The position numbers and the translations under genes were made by a program. A stretch of 64,000 nt of DNA, from the sequence record MK373778.1; one strand, given 5' to 3'. Shown piece after piece: positions 9,656 to 20,613 of this stretch. Below the pieces are notes generated by a model. It did no database searches. It had not been told where the DNA came from and saw only the letters and a list, made by a program, of their open reading frames with translations. Each line of letters begins with the position of its first letter. Position 1 is the stretch's first letter. The stretch is from Escherichia phage vB_EcoM_WFbE185.

Positions 9656-9823
9656 CTATAGTAAAAGTTGGGTTTCATTCAATTGCTCTTCTGAACTTTC
9701 TGAAACCGGCAATTGTTGGACATAGTTATAACAAGGACCAGGGTGTGCTGGGCCTTTGTCTGTTTCAACAACCAATGCAGAATCGATTGGAGTTTTACAG
9801 ACAACACAAATCTTATCTGACAT
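9656..9823 (-). CDS. small Cys-rich (zinc-ribbon-like) protein, 55 aa, not in ORF track
   Basis: ATG with GGAGG RBS; MSDKICVVCKTPID...GPCYNY has CxxC plus PC; lies in the T4 uvsY.-2 position. Confidence 0.4.
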   Translation of the reverse strand: MSDKICVVCKTPIDSALVVETDKGPAHPGPCYNYVQQLPVSESSEEQLNETQLLL

Positions 9824-9855
9824 GATTGCCTCCTAAGTTGAAATTACATATCTAT

Positions 9856-10080
9856 TTATACAACTCTCATATGCATATCAATGCCCATATCTTTAGAATA
9901 AAAATATTCATCAAGATATCCGGCAAACTTCCCTTTAATATAAAGGACGTCTTCGCCACAAGGATGGTCTGCCAGGATACGAATATCCTGACGACGTAGA
10001 CGATACTTTTCCATTAAGAATTTAATTTCAGTTTCAAATTCTTCATCATTATTAAAGGCATCTTCAATTGAATAACGCAT
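9856..10080 (-). CDS. hypothetical protein (uvsY.-1-like)
   Basis: 74-aa ORF immediately downstream of uvsY on the minus strand. Confidence 0.5.
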   Translation of the reverse strand: MRYSIEDAFNNDEEFETEIKFLMEKYRLRRQDIRILADHPCGEDVLYIKGKFAGYLDEYFYSKDMGIDMHMRVV

Positions 10081-10493
10081 TATTGCCCCGCTTCAAATTC
10101 TCGCATATCCTGGATATGTTTAAGTGCAAAACTACGAGATTTAACTGCGTCAAGTGCACCACTACAGAACTCAAGTAAAATTCCCCAGTATTGTAAAGTA
10201 GTCTCTATTTTAAGCACATCTTTATCTGCAGCCAGGACAGTTTTCATTTCAGATTTCTCGTATCGGTCCATACTGAATTCATCACCGTCACCTCGTCCTG
10301 AGTAGTAGTCTAATCTTGCTTTTAGAGCAGTTTTCTTCTGAGTCTCTATACGCAACATTTCTTTACGAATAAATGAGTGCTTACGTAGCCATTTGCTGTA
10401 TAACTTAACATTATTCGCTGTCTCATATTGCAACTTTGTCGTATCAATAGCTAAGTCTGCGTCTAACTCTTCCTGTAAATCTTCCAGCTTCAT
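10080..10493 (-). CDS. uvsY: UvsY recombination mediator
   Basis: Matches T4 UvsY from MKLEDLQEEL; ORF-track N-terminal extension rejected because the MotA middle promoter and AAGAGAG RBS lie inside it. Confidence 0.9.
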   Translation of the reverse strand: MKLEDLQEELDADLAIDTTKLQYETANNVKLYSKWLRKHSFIRKEMLRIETQKKTALKARLDYYSGRGDGDEFSMDRYEKSEMKTVLAADKDVLKIETTLQYWGILLEFCSGALDAVKSRSFALKHIQDMREFEAGQ

Positions 10494-10548
10494 AATATTC
10501 TCTCTTTTAACTAATAATCTCCCGGCTGTATCGGAAGGACCTAAAACC

Positions 10549-10573
10549 ATTATACATAGGTTGTCTTGAAGCA
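10549..10573 (-). promoter_or_regulatory. middle promoter (MotA box TGCTTCA, 12-nt spacer, TATAAT) for uvsY
   Basis: Minus strand reads aaTGCTTcA-N12-TATAAT in the 80-nt gap between gene 25 stop and uvsY ATG; uvsY is a classic MotA-dependent gene in T4. Confidence 0.6.
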
Positions 10574-10972
10574 TTACACTCTATTGCTTGATGCTAACTG
10601 AAGTTTGATTTGTTCGATATCATCAGGGTTATCTACGACCGAAAATCTAATCTCTACTATAACTGTATAGTCATCATATACTGGCGTTACACTTACAGAA
10701 AGTTTGTCGATGCGCGGCTCATAGTTACGGACGGCTGCCTGGATATTACGCTCAATCGTATCGGCTGTAAGTGGTGTCATGTTCTCGAAAAGTTCATCAA
10801 CCAAATCGCATCCAAATTCAGGGTCGAAGGGGCGTGAGCCTTTTCTAGTTGTCACTATGCCAAGAAGACTATTTTTAATAGAACGAAGTCCTACAGAACG
10901 AGCAACGTCCTTGTTCCAATCCATACGCATTTCTGGATCGATATCTGAATAAAGTTTATTGATATTAGACAT
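10574..10972 (-). CDS. 25: baseplate wedge protein gp25
   Basis: 132 aa, same length as T4 gp25; T4 synteny (uvsY-25-26). Confidence 0.9.
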   Translation of the reverse strand: MSNINKLYSDIDPEMRMDWNKDVARSVGLRSIKNSLLGIVTTRKGSRPFDPEFGCDLVDELFENMTPLTADTIERNIQAAVRNYEPRIDKLSVSVTPVYDDYTVIVEIRFSVVDNPDDIEQIKLQLASSNRV

Positions 10973-11598
10973 TATAGTAACTCAAAGAATTCTTTGAGGC
11001 CTCGTATTGTGTGAACGTGTGATGCCCCACATTTGGGACATTTAATAGGGGTTGCCAGATAAATTGATGGCGATACCAAAAGATTTTTAATATTGATCAT
11101 GTCATCTTCTGTTATAAGGCCGTAAAGGTCGTTTATTTCTGCTTCAGTTAAATCTTCAACAGGGATGGACTCTCCATTGACAAAAACGGCCTCAATACAT
11201 GAAGCAATCATTAATGCGATATTTTTATCGTCAAATAATTTAGGTTGACGGAACTTAATTTTAATACCACTGAACGAATACCAGGGATCGGCCTGTTCAT
11301 CTAATTGAGTGTGCAATAAATTCATATAGACTTGAAATGAATGCCCACAGGAACAATTCCAGGTGTGTTCTTGATTCACTTCACCTAATGAATGTGCCCA
11401 CAGATTTACCAACAATAACTCGGCTTCTTGTTTAGTCAAGTTTTTAGCATTAGAGCAATTAGTGATAATATTGTTCACTGCGGATTCAATAGTATCGGTA
11501 GCCCGCGCACCTATGAGTCCTAAATATTCTTTTAAAGTAAAGGCTCTACAATTCACTTCTTTATCGCCTAAACGTACGGTAAACGTATATTTGTACAT
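10972..11598 (-). CDS. 26: baseplate hub subunit gp26
   Basis: 208 aa as in T4; minus-strand late promoter 19 nt upstream; start overlaps gp25. Confidence 0.85.
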   Translation of the reverse strand: MYKYTFTVRLGDKEVNCRAFTLKEYLGLIGARATDTIESAVNNIITNCSNAKNLTKQEAELLLVNLWAHSLGEVNQEHTWNCSCGHSFQVYMNLLHTQLDEQADPWYSFSGIKIKFRQPKLFDDKNIALMIASCIEAVFVNGESIPVEDLTEAEINDLYGLITEDDMINIKNLLVSPSIYLATPIKCPKCGASHVHTIRGLKEFFELL

Positions 11599-11616
11599 GT
11601 TAACTCCTTTATTGTG

Positions 11617-11628
11617 TATTTATAAATA
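11617..11628. promoter_or_regulatory. divergent overlapping late promoters (TATTTATAAATA) for gene 51 (+) and genes 26-25 (-)
   Basis: TATAAATA on plus at 11621-11628 and on minus at 11617-11624 within one quasi-palindrome between divergent genes 26 and 51. Confidence 0.65.
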
Positions 11629-11645
11629 ATAGAAAAGGAGTAATT

Positions 11646-12398
11646 ATGGCTAATATAATTCGTTGTAAATTACCGGATGGTGTTCATCGTTTTAAGCCGT
11701 TCACTGTGGCGGATTATAGAGACTTTTTACTAGTTAGAAATGATATCGAACATCGTTCGCCGCAAGAACAAAAAGAAATAATTGCCGATCTGATTGATGA
11801 TTATTTTGGCGAGTACCCTAAAACATGGCAACCATTTATATTCCTGCAAGTTTTTGCAGGCTCTATAGGCAAAACAAAAGTTCCCGTTATTTTCACTTGC
11901 CCTAAATGCTCTAAAGAAAAAACTGCACCATTTGAGATATATCAAAAAGAACTAGTCGAACCTGAACTTGATGTTGCTGGTATAAAAATACGTTTTTCTT
12001 TCCCTGAAAAGTTTTATGACAACAAGGCATTAATGATAAGTGAAAACATAAAAGAAATATATTATAATGACAAATGGTACCCATGGAATGATTTGACTGA
12101 AGAGAACCAAATCCAAGTAATAGAAGCAATAGACATTGACTCGCTCGAGAAGGTTATTGCTTCTATGAACCCTATTAATTTGACCCTTAGATTAGGCTGT
12201 TGTGAACGACATGTTAAAACATATACTGATATCTTAGAGGTTTTTAAATTGTTAGTTAACCCTGATGAGATTTTTACATTCTATCAGATAAACCATTCAC
12301 TGGTAAAGAGTCAATACACATTGGATTCTATTATGCAAATGATTCCTGTTGAACGTGGTATTGCTTTAACATTAGTAGAAAAGGACCATAAAAAATGA
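11646..12398 (+). CDS. 51: baseplate hub assembly catalyst gp51
   Basis: 250 aa; T4 synteny; late promoter at 11621-11628; AAGGAG RBS. Confidence 0.85.
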   Translation: MANIIRCKLPDGVHRFKPFTVADYRDFLLVRNDIEHRSPQEQKEIIADLIDDYFGEYPKTWQPFIFLQVFAGSIGKTKVPVIFTCPKCSKEKTAPFEIYQKELVEPELDVAGIKIRFSFPEKFYDNKALMISENIKEIYYNDKWYPWNDLTEENQIQVIEAIDIDSLEKVIASMNPINLTLRLGCCERHVKTYTDILEVFKLLVNPDEIFTFYQINHSLVKSQYTLDSIMQMIPVERGIALTLVEKDHKK

Positions 12399-13567
12399 AA
12401 GTATTCCAACGTCCAGGATATCCTAACTTAAGCGTTAAATTATACCAAGATTATTCGGCTTGGCAAGAAAATAGATACGTTGAACTCGCGGCAACAATAA
12501 CAACTTTAACCATGCGAGATTCGCTATATGGAAGAAATGAAGGGATTCTTCAATTTTATGACACTAAAAACATCCACACTAAAATGGACGGTAGACAGAT
12601 AGTTCAAATCTCTGTTTCAAATTCAAACACACCTCTCCAAGTTAGAACTCGAATTTATGGATGCAAACATTATTCTGTGTCTGTGGACTCAAAAGGTGAC
12701 AATATTATTGCAATTGAGCTTGGAACAATACATTCTATAGAGAACCTTAAATTTGGGCGACCATTCTTCCCAGACGCAGGCGAATCTATACGTGAAATGT
12801 TAGGTGTCATATACAAAGACCGTGCGTTAATTACTCCGCCAATAAACACTATTAATGCTTATGTTCCTGATATCCCTTGGACAAGCACATTTGATGATTA
12901 TTTGGCATATGTCAGAGAATTAGGACTTGCTACAGCGAGTGATAAGTTCGTATTCGTATGGCAAGATATTTTAGGCGTAAACATGATTGACTACGATACT
13001 CTTATTGGTCAGGAAGGCATTAAGATGATTGTAGGCGAGCCAAATACTGTAGGTCAGTATATTCAAGAGCTTGAGTATCCATTAGTATGGGATTTTACCT
13101 GGATGACTAAAGCTAACCAGTTTACAAGAGACCCTATTAAAAACGCCACGATATTCGCCCATTCATTTTTAGATACATCTATTCCGGTTATTGTTACAGG
13201 CGATGGTGATAATGCTATTGTTGTGTCAAGATCCGGTGGATATTCCGAAATGACCTATCGTAATGGATTTGAAGAAGCAAGTCGTCTTCAGACAATGGCT
13301 CAATATGACGGATATGCTAAATGCACTACTACAGGCAATTTTAACATAACTCCTGCTACTAAAATTATATTTGTTGACCAAAAGAACCAATTCAAATCCG
13401 AATTTTACGTCGATGAAGTTATTCATGAGTTATCAAATAACAACTCACAAACTCATCTGTACATGTTTACCAACTCAATGGTGTTAGAACCTGTTAACCC
13501 AGTTAAGGTTAAAAATGAACTTAAATCTGATTCTACCTCTAAAGAAAATAATTCTACCACAGTCTAA
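12395..13567 (+). CDS. 27: baseplate hub protein gp27
   Basis: 390 aa (T4 gp27 is about 391); start overlaps the gp51 stop. Confidence 0.9.
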   Translation: MKVFQRPGYPNLSVKLYQDYSAWQENRYVELAATITTLTMRDSLYGRNEGILQFYDTKNIHTKMDGRQIVQISVSNSNTPLQVRTRIYGCKHYSVSVDSKGDNIIAIELGTIHSIENLKFGRPFFPDAGESIREMLGVIYKDRALITPPINTINAYVPDIPWTSTFDDYLAYVRELGLATASDKFVFVWQDILGVNMIDYDTLIGQEGIKMIVGEPNTVGQYIQELEYPLVWDFTWMTKANQFTRDPIKNATIFAHSFLDTSIPVIVTGDGDNAIVVSRSGGYSEMTYRNGFEEASRLQTMAQYDGYAKCTTTGNFNITPATKIIFVDQKNQFKSEFYVDEVIHELSNNNSQTHLYMFTNSMVLEPVNPVKVKNELKSDSTSKENNSTTV

Positions 13568-14048
13568 TAAAAAGGTAATGATTCCTAAATTAGGGCTCAA
13601 ACATTATAATCTTTTAAAGGACGTTAAAGGTCCTGATGAAAACATGAAAATCTTAGCTGATTCTATTTGTAAAAATATGAGCCCAGCAGATTTTGATTTT
13701 GCATGTCTACACATATTGGAATTTAATAACAAACTTAAGTCTGAAGTTGAAAAAGACGGATTCACATATAAACTAGATGACGTCTATGTATGCCAACGAA
13801 CAGAATTCCAATTCCAAGGCAATACCTTTTATTTTAGACCTCCAGGCAAATTTGAACAATTCGCTACAATCAGTGAAATGCTATCAAATTGCTTAATAAA
13901 AGTTAATGACGAAGAGAAAGAAATTTCTTTCCTTGAGATGCCTGCTTTTGTAATCAAATGGGCAGAAGACCTTTCGACAACTATTGCTATTCCAGGCCCT
14001 AATGGCCCTATTAAGGGTATAGCAGAAATTATTGGATTGCTTGAATGA
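13515..14048 (+). CDS. 28: baseplate hub distal subunit gp28
   Basis: 177 aa as in T4; overlaps the gp27 3' end. Confidence 0.8.
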   Translation: MNLNLILPLKKIILPQSNKKVMIPKLGLKHYNLLKDVKGPDENMKILADSICKNMSPADFDFACLHILEFNNKLKSEVEKDGFTYKLDDVYVCQRTEFQFQGNTFYFRPPGKFEQFATISEMLSNCLIKVNDEEKEISFLEMPAFVIKWAEDLSTTIAIPGPNGPIKGIAEIIGLLE

Positions 14049-15817
14049 AACCTGAAGAAATGAAATCCATGCGTAGAAATAAGGTCATTGCCGATAATAA
14101 ACCACAAAAAGTAGCTGCAACAGCAGCTACCGATTCATTAGAAGCATTGAATGACATTTCATCAAAACTAGACGATGTCCAAGCCGCGTCTGAACTCACA
14201 TCACAAAGTGTAGAAGATAAAGGCAATGGAATTATTGAATCAATTGGAGACTTAAAGAATTCGACAGATAATACTGCTGAAGGCACAGAGCTTATCGCAG
14301 AAGTTATTGAAAAACAAACTGAAGTCACTAAAAGTATAAACGAAGTTTCTAGTGCAATAAGCTCTAAGTTAGACCGATTAGCTACATTATTAGAGCAAAA
14401 ATTACAAACATCTACCGCTATTCAAAATACAGGAGGCACCTCTCTTGAAGTAATTGAGAACGCAATACCTGTTAAAGTGGTTGAGAATGAAACTTCTGAC
14501 GAGTTGTTTAAAGCATTACCTACACCTGAAAAGATTGATAATAAGCCAGACGAAGATTTCTTCCCGGCCCCGGTTCAAGAAAGTGCTAATTCTACTTCCG
14601 ATTCTAAAGGCGGAATTAGCTTTAAATTGAGTGATAAAATTGCAATGCTCACCAAAACAGTTCAAACCGGGTTTAATAAATCAATATCAATTTCAGACAG
14701 AATTGCTGGAATGCTTTTCAAATACACTATAACGGCTGCTATTGAAGCAGCAAAAATGGCCGCACTTATTCTTGGTATTGTTATCGGTATTGATTTATTG
14801 ATAGTCCATTTCAAATATTGGACAGACAAGTTCACTTCTGCCTGGGATTTATTTGATGAAAACTTTACTAAATTCTCCGATGAAGCTAAAGAGTGGGGTA
14901 AATTCTTAAGTGATATATTCACTTCTATTGACTCGATAAAACAAATGTGGGAAGCTGGAGACTGGGGTGGTTTAACCGTTGCTATTGTCAAAGGTGTAGG
15001 AACAGCATTAATGAACTTAGGTGAACTAATTCAATTAGGAATGGCTAAACTCTCCGCGTCTATATTGCGTGCTATAGGTTTTGGCGATACCGCGGACGAA
15101 ATAGAAGGACGTGCTTTAGAAGGATTCCAAGAAACTACTGGGAACAAATTAAAGAAAGAAGACCAAGAGAAAGTCGCTAAATATCAAATGAAACGTGACG
15201 ATGGGGAATTAGGAACCGTTTCTAAAGGTCTTGATATGTTACAACGCGGCAAAACATTCGTTACTAACTGGGTTCGTGGTAATGACAATAAAGAAGAGTT
15301 TAGTACAAGTGATGAGCGCGCTGCGGAATCAGCAAAATTAAAAGAGTTACCTGAAGAGGAACGTAAAGAGGCGTACATAAAAGCGAATGAAACTCGTGCC
15401 GCACTGGTTAGATTTGAGGATTATATCGATAAAATCGATATGACTAATCCAGAAAATGCTAAAAACGTCGAGAAGTCTTATGCTGATTTAAGTAAACTTA
15501 TTAAAGACCCTGAACTTAATAAAACTCCTGTTGTTAAAAAGGAAATAGATGCTAGATTTGAAAAGCTAAATAATAAAATGGCTGAAGCCAAAAAGGCTCA
15601 GACTACAGTTAAGCCTGAATCTTCGTCTAAATCTCCGGAAGCAAAACAAGTTCAGTCAATAGAGAAAGGACGTGCTTCTGAATCTAAACAACAGCAACCG
15701 GTAGCGGCGATTAGTAACACAAATAATGTCGTCAAAAAGAATACCGTAGTCCAGAATATGACCCCTGTAACAAGTACAACGGCTCCTGGAATTTTCCATG
15801 CCACCGGTGTTAATTAA
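14045..15817 (+). CDS. 29: baseplate hub / tail length determinant gp29
   Basis: 590 aa as in T4; ATGA overlap with gene 28. Confidence 0.9.
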   Translation: MKPEEMKSMRRNKVIADNKPQKVAATAATDSLEALNDISSKLDDVQAASELTSQSVEDKGNGIIESIGDLKNSTDNTAEGTELIAEVIEKQTEVTKSINEVSSAISSKLDRLATLLEQKLQTSTAIQNTGGTSLEVIENAIPVKVVENETSDELFKALPTPEKIDNKPDEDFFPAPVQESANSTSDSKGGISFKLSDKIAMLTKTVQTGFNKSISISDRIAGMLFKYTITAAIEAAKMAALILGIVIGIDLLIVHFKYWTDKFTSAWDLFDENFTKFSDEAKEWGKFLSDIFTSIDSIKQMWEAGDWGGLTVAIVKGVGTALMNLGELIQLGMAKLSASILRAIGFGDTADEIEGRALEGFQETTGNKLKKEDQEKVAKYQMKRDDGELGTVSKGLDMLQRGKTFVTNWVRGNDNKEEFSTSDERAAESAKLKELPEEERKEAYIKANETRAALVRFEDYIDKIDMTNPENAKNVEKSYADLSKLIKDPELNKTPVVKKEIDARFEKLNNKMAEAKKAQTTVKPESSSKSPEAKQVQSIEKGRASESKQQQPVAAISNTNNVVKKNTVVQNMTPVTSTTAPGIFHATGVN

Positions 15818-15825
15818 GGATTATT

Positions 15826-16935
15826 ATGATTAGTGTAAAAGAAATAGTAGTAGATGCAAAGGATTTAAATAAAGCAATCCCAGTCTCAGAAAGTGCTGGG
15901 CAAAGCACTAAAACCGAAACAACTACTAAAACTTATGTTGCTCAATTTCCTACAGGAAGAGCAGCCGGAAATGACTCCACAGGAGACTTCCAGGTAACAG
16001 ACCTTTATAAGAATGGATTATTATTTACCGCGTACAATATGTCTGCACGCGATTCAGGATCCCTCAGGAATTTACGTCCGGCATATGCCGGTACTTCATC
16101 TAATGGTATCATATCAGATTTAACCGATAATGTGAAAGATGCAGTGACTAAATTCTCTAATGGATTGCTTCCTGCCGGGGCTAATAAATCTACTATAAAT
16201 AAAACTCCTGTTGCTAATATACTTTTGCCACGTTCCAAATCTGATGTCGATACAACTTCGCATCGTTTTAATGATATCGGTGATAGCCTTATTACTAAAG
16301 GTGGAGGTACTGCTACGGGTGTTTTAAGTAACATTGCTTCTACTGCAGTCTTTGGTGCATTAGATTCTATTACTCAAGGGCTTATGGCTGATAATAACGA
16401 ACAGATTTATACGACTTCTCGTAGTATGTACGGTGGTGCTGAGAACCGTACCAAAGTCTTTACATGGGATTTAACTCCGCGTTCAACTGAAGACCTTATG
16501 GCTATTATAAACATTTACCAGTATTTTAACTATTTCTCATATGGTGAGACCGGTAAATCACAGTACGCCCAAGAGATTAAAAGTTATTTAGACGAATGGT
16601 ACCGTTCAACGTTTATTGAGCCTATGACGCCAGATGATGCAGTAAAAAATAAGACATTGTTTGAAAAGATTACTGCGTCATTAACAAATGTATTAGTTGT
16701 AAGCAACCCTACAATTTGGATGGTTAAAAACTTTGGTTATACGTCTAAATTTGATGGATTAACTGACGTATTTGGTCCATGCCAAATTCAAAGCGTACGT
16801 TTTGATAAAACTCCAAATGGACAATTTAATGGTCTTGCTGTTGCTCCTAACTTACCATCAACATTTACGTTAGAGATAACAATGCGAGAAATTATTACAT
16901 TAAACCGTTCTTCACTTTATGCGGGGACTTTCTAA
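15826..16935 (+). CDS. 48: baseplate tail-tube junction protein gp48
   Basis: 369 aa; T4 synteny. Confidence 0.9.
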   Translation: MISVKEIVVDAKDLNKAIPVSESAGQSTKTETTTKTYVAQFPTGRAAGNDSTGDFQVTDLYKNGLLFTAYNMSARDSGSLRNLRPAYAGTSSNGIISDLTDNVKDAVTKFSNGLLPAGANKSTINKTPVANILLPRSKSDVDTTSHRFNDIGDSLITKGGGTATGVLSNIASTAVFGALDSITQGLMADNNEQIYTTSRSMYGGAENRTKVFTWDLTPRSTEDLMAIINIYQYFNYFSYGETGKSQYAQEIKSYLDEWYRSTFIEPMTPDDAVKNKTLFEKITASLTNVLVVSNPTIWMVKNFGYTSKFDGLTDVFGPCQIQSVRFDKTPNGQFNGLAVAPNLPSTFTLEITMREIITLNRSSLYAGTF

Positions 16936-17897
16936 TGTACTCTTTAGAAGAATTTAATAACCAAGCTATAAATGCAGATTTCCAACGAAACAATATGTTT
17001 AGTTGTGTATTTGCTACTACACCATCAACCAAATCGTCTTCACTAATTTCGTCAATTGGTAGTTTTGCTTATAATAACTTAGGGTTGGATTCAGATTGGC
17101 TAGGATTGTCTCAAGGTGATATCAATCAGGGCGTAACAACCCTGATTACAGCAGGAACACAGAAATTAATTCGAAAATCAGGTATAAGTAAATATCTGAT
17201 TGGAGCAATGAGTCAACGTACGGTACAAAGCTTGTTAGGTGAGTTCACAGTAGGAACTTATCTGATAGACTTCTTCAATATGGCATATAATAATACAGGT
17301 TTAATGATTTATTCTGTAAAAATGCCTGAGAACCGATTATCTTATGAAACGGACTTCAACTATAACTCCCCGAACATCCGAATTACCGGTCGTGAAATGG
17401 ACCCGTTAGTAATAAGCTTTAGAATGGATTCCGAAGCATCTAACTTTAGAGCAATGCAAGACTGGGTAAACTCAGTCCAAGACCCTGTAACAGGTCTTCG
17501 TGCTTTACCACAAGACGTCGAAGCAGATATTCAGGTTAATTTACACGCACGAAATGGTTTACCACATACCGCTGTCATGTTCACAGGATGTATTCCTGTT
17601 AGTGTCTCTTCTCCTGAGTTAACGTATGATGGTGATAATCAGATAACAGTTTTTGATGTAACATTTGCTTATCGCGTTATGCAATCAGGTGCTGTAAATA
17701 GACAGGCTGCTTTAGAATGGCTGGAATCAGGACTTATTAGTAGTGTTTCAGGAATGTTTGGAAATAATCAGAATGATTCTGGGCTAGGAAGTGCAGTATC
17801 AAGACTTTCTAGATTAGGTGGGACTGCTGGTGGCGTGTCTAATATAAACACACTGACAGGTGTGGTGAATTCTGCGTCAAGAGTTTTAGGACTATAA
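16935..17897 (+). CDS. 54: baseplate tail-tube initiator gp54
   Basis: 320 aa as in T4; followed by a bidirectional terminator hairpin. Confidence 0.9.
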   Translation: MYSLEEFNNQAINADFQRNNMFSCVFATTPSTKSSSLISSIGSFAYNNLGLDSDWLGLSQGDINQGVTTLITAGTQKLIRKSGISKYLIGAMSQRTVQSLLGEFTVGTYLIDFFNMAYNNTGLMIYSVKMPENRLSYETDFNYNSPNIRITGREMDPLVISFRMDSEASNFRAMQDWVNSVQDPVTGLRALPQDVEADIQVNLHARNGLPHTAVMFTGCIPVSVSSPELTYDGDNQITVFDVTFAYRVMQSGAVNRQAALEWLESGLISSVSGMFGNNQNDSGLGSAVSRLSRLGGTAGGVSNINTLTGVVNSASRVLGL

Positions 17898-17903
17898 GAA
17901 AAA

Positions 17904-17920
17904 GGGAGACAACGTCTCCC
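17904..17920. terminator. bidirectional terminator after gene 54 (+) and ORF 17930-18223 (-)
   Basis: GGGAGAC-AAC-GUCUCCC with T/A tracts on either side. Confidence 0.55.
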
Positions 17921-17929
17921 TTTAGGGGT

Positions 17930-18223
17930 TTATTTACGGAATGAAAGGAATGCTGGTGCTCGGAATGGAGTATCATCTTTAGAGTATTTAACTAATACGA
18001 CCATTGGTACCTCTGTTTCTAAATGACCTGTCACTACACCGATAAAAATTTGATCAGTGTGCTCAGGGTCACGAAAGTTTTTAAGAGGTTCCATAGCAAT
18101 ATGGAATGCACCTGGGAATACTCGATTCAATTCGTCAATCACAGCTTCGTTAAAAACATCATCCGCTGGGATAGCATCTTCAACTACTAGTTCTTGACCA
18201 TTAAAGCGAAGCATAGATTTCAT
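17930..18223 (-). CDS. hypothetical protein (alt-upstream small ORF family)
   Basis: Start moved to ATG MKSML with GAGGAAA RBS; early promoter at 18253-18282 lies in the track extension. Confidence 0.5.
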   Translation of the reverse strand: MKSMLRFNGQELVVEDAIPADDVFNEAVIDELNRVFPGAFHIAMEPLKNFRDPEHTDQIFIGVVTGHLETEVPMVVLVKYSKDDTPFRAPAFLSFRK

Positions 18224-18252
18224 AACGTTTTCCTCATGTTGTTGATGGGATG

Positions 18253-18282
18253 ATAGTATCACACATCCATGTGTTTGTAAAC
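18253..18282 (-). promoter_or_regulatory. early promoter (GTTTAC-N18-TACTAT) with -10 inside inverted repeat GGATG/CATCC
   Basis: -35 overlaps the alt stop; -10 flanked by 5-bp inverted repeat; drives ORF 17930-18223. Confidence 0.5.
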
Positions 18283-20369
18283 TATCCTTGGATAAATTTA
18301 AACGGAACTGATTCTAAATCCATTAAAGATGCTAACAATTTCAAACCTTTAGGTGCACTAGTTTTTTCTACAAATGAGGCAAAAGATACCGGCTCATCTG
18401 ATTCGATTTCACCCGTCATAGCAACTACCTCGCCTGTTTCCATGAGAACATCACCATCGTAAATGACAGCTTCGTCCAACTGGTCCGAGGACATGACTTC
18501 AGCTTGAATAAATTTAAGGTTGGATTCTAAACCTGCACCAGTGTCAGATGACGCATCTGTAATTTTATTTATCTGCAAGAGAATGCCTCTAGGCAAAATA
18601 ATTTCTTGCTCATTAGGGTGATTACTCAACTGACCCGGATAAATCACGTTAACTTTATGGGCGCCATCAATAGCCCATCCAACGTTAACACGGATTTGTT
18701 CTGGTGCATGCATAGCTGTTCTTACTTGACTAGGAGAAATAGTAACACCTTCGTCGTTATTGTCAATGTTAAGCTCTTTGCGAACTTCTTCAGGAGCAAG
18801 TCCAAGGGCAACGTTCTCTTTAAACCCACCGAAAATAATAGGAGCTAGTGAAGTGGAAACATAGTTTCTGAAATAGAATACCTTATTTTTAACCATTGCT
18901 TCGTAAATAGGCATTCTGATAGACTGAGCTCTATATAACGTTAGTCCTTCAGGTAAACGGTCTCCATTTAAAAACGCCGAATCAAGACCATCAATAGCGC
19001 GTTTAACTTCATCTTCATCCGCAACATCGTAAAAATCTGGTTTATAACGACCTAACAACATATTATTGATATCTGTATATGCAGAAGAGGCATATTCACG
19101 AATAGCTCGTTTTTCAGAAACAGAGTATTGTTTAGGGTCCCGATTCATTGTTATATTAAAGGTGCCTCTAGCCGATTCTCGGGCATAAGTATACATCACA
19201 TTAGACAAGAACGCTGATTTACGTTGTTTCCAAGTTCTTTCAGATACTTCAGCTAAAACGTCGTCAGGCAGTTGGAAATTATCACGTCTAAAATCTTCAA
19301 ACCATTCGTCTTTAATAGAGTCTGCAATTTCATTTGCAGCTTCAACAAAAGCAGCTAATGCTTTAACAGATGTTGTTTTTTCGGTTTTAATTTTCTTAGC
19401 AAACTTTTCTAAAGTCGGCTTAATAACACCACCATAAGAAACTTCATCAGCAAATTTAAAGGATTCATCAATACGATTATAAATCTTATTTTCGATATCA
19501 GCAACTAAAGTGCCTTTTGCTGTGGACGACGCTTGGGCTAGTACTATTTCATATGCTTCAGGAAGTAATTCGGCTGTAGCTGGGCCACTAACTTCTTTAG
19601 CAGAATTTTCATATTTCTGGAATAACTCACCTTCTTGTCGGTCCGCTTCTAAAGATTGACTTGCTGCAATAGCACGACGAGAAATTTTAGTACGAGCAAT
19701 AACAGGCTTATCTTTACGTTTTTCTTCTACAGCAGCAATAGAACCAGCGATAGCCGTTTCTTTGGTGACCTTTTCGCCGGTCTTTTTACTAACATAAACT
19801 TCGCCAACATCAGAATCTACTTTCGTGTACAACTCTGTGTTAATGTTAGGGATGCCTTTAATATCTTCAATGTTGGCATTTTTACGAACCATCATCACAT
19901 AGGTGTGTTTACCTGTGAATTGATACATTGCCGACAATACTTTAAAACGACCACCGGTTTTAGTAGAAACTAAACGAGCAAGAAGAGTTTGAAGCTGTTG
20001 TCCACGTCCTTTCAATTTCTTGGTAGGGAATCGGAACAGAACTGCATCCATACGAAGAGCTTTAACTTGTTCATATACTGTATTGAAAATGGTGTTGATT
20101 GCATCAATAGGAGCAGGACCAAGGCCATTTTTCAATTCAGCGAGATTACCCTTTTCAGACAGACTCATAATAACAACATGAGCGTATTTATCGCCGAGTT
20201 TAACTTGTTTTACAGCATCGCCTTCGGAAAGGTAAGAGAATAAACGAACTACAATATTTGTATCGATATCACCAATTTTCCAGACTTGTGGAACTTTAGC
20301 TTTAGGGTTCAAATTGACGACAGGAAGACTGCCTTCAGATTCAAACACTTCATTTAATTGTTCAGACAT
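18282..20369 (-). CDS. alt: Alt ADP-ribosyltransferase (packaged into virions in T4)
   Basis: 695 aa; C-terminal block GWAIDGAHKVNVIYPG...ILPRG...LQINKITDAS matches T4 Alt; T4 synteny. Confidence 0.85.
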   Translation of the reverse strand: MSEQLNEVFESEGSLPVVNLNPKAKVPQVWKIGDIDTNIVVRLFSYLSEGDAVKQVKLGDKYAHVVIMSLSEKGNLAELKNGLGPAPIDAINTIFNTVYEQVKALRMDAVLFRFPTKKLKGRGQQLQTLLARLVSTKTGGRFKVLSAMYQFTGKHTYVMMVRKNANIEDIKGIPNINTELYTKVDSDVGEVYVSKKTGEKVTKETAIAGSIAAVEEKRKDKPVIARTKISRRAIAASQSLEADRQEGELFQKYENSAKEVSGPATAELLPEAYEIVLAQASSTAKGTLVADIENKIYNRIDESFKFADEVSYGGVIKPTLEKFAKKIKTEKTTSVKALAAFVEAANEIADSIKDEWFEDFRRDNFQLPDDVLAEVSERTWKQRKSAFLSNVMYTYARESARGTFNITMNRDPKQYSVSEKRAIREYASSAYTDINNMLLGRYKPDFYDVADEDEVKRAIDGLDSAFLNGDRLPEGLTLYRAQSIRMPIYEAMVKNKVFYFRNYVSTSLAPIIFGGFKENVALGLAPEEVRKELNIDNNDEGVTISPSQVRTAMHAPEQIRVNVGWAIDGAHKVNVIYPGQLSNHPNEQEIILPRGILLQINKITDASSDTGAGLESNLKFIQAEVMSSDQLDEAVIYDGDVLMETGEVVAMTGEIESDEPVSFASFVEKTSAPKGLKLLASLMDLESVPFKFIQG

Positions 20370-20410
20370 AGTGTTTTCCTTTTAGTAATAATTTATATTT
20401 ATGCCAAAAA

Positions 20411-20424
20411 GAGCCCGAAGGCTC
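20411..20424 (-). terminator. terminator after ORF 20425-20613
   Basis: GAGCC-UUCG-GGCUC followed by UUUUUGG on the minus strand. Confidence 0.5.
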
Positions 20425-20613
20425 TTAATCCACAATCGGAAGCAAAGTACGATAAACTTCAAAATTAGAGCCTTTTTCGTACTTATCGAAATTGTCCATA
20501 AAAATATGATAGGAATCGTTATTAGGAAAATCTAATATAATCTGAGAGCAAGAGGTGGAAACATCTCCACCATCCTTCTTAGCTACAATAACTGTTTCTA
20601 AATAAGCTTTCAT
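20425..20613 (-). CDS. hypothetical small protein (alt.1-like)
   Basis: Start ATG overlaps the gene 30 stop (TAATG); a terminator hairpin follows its stop. Confidence 0.45.
   Translation of the reverse strand: MKAYLETVIVAKKDGGDVSTSCSQIILDFPNNDSYHIFMDNFDKYEKGSNFEVYRTLLPIVD

Noticed and set aside
9619-9825. Plus-strand 68-aa ORF between uvsW.1 and uvsY.-1
   Set aside because: Overlaps a minus-strand 55-aa ORF that has a strong GGAGG RBS, a Cys motif and fits the local minus-strand gene orientation; the plus ORF crosses the bidirectional terminator.
10494-10574. N-terminal extensions of ORF-track entries (uvsY to 10574, frd to 40922, alc to 33504, gp36 from 50896, dsbA to 44846, seg to 30633, ORF 24114 to 24758, ORF 17930 to 18262)
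   Set aside because: Track appears to extend to the furthest in-frame ATG/GTG/TTG; the extensions contain promoters or terminators, lack an RBS, and the T4 N-termini begin at the internal ATG.
20390-20403. Late-promoter-like sequence upstream of alt (TATAAATT / CATAAATA on minus strand)
   Set aside because: 7/8 matches only; not called without an exact TATAAATA.
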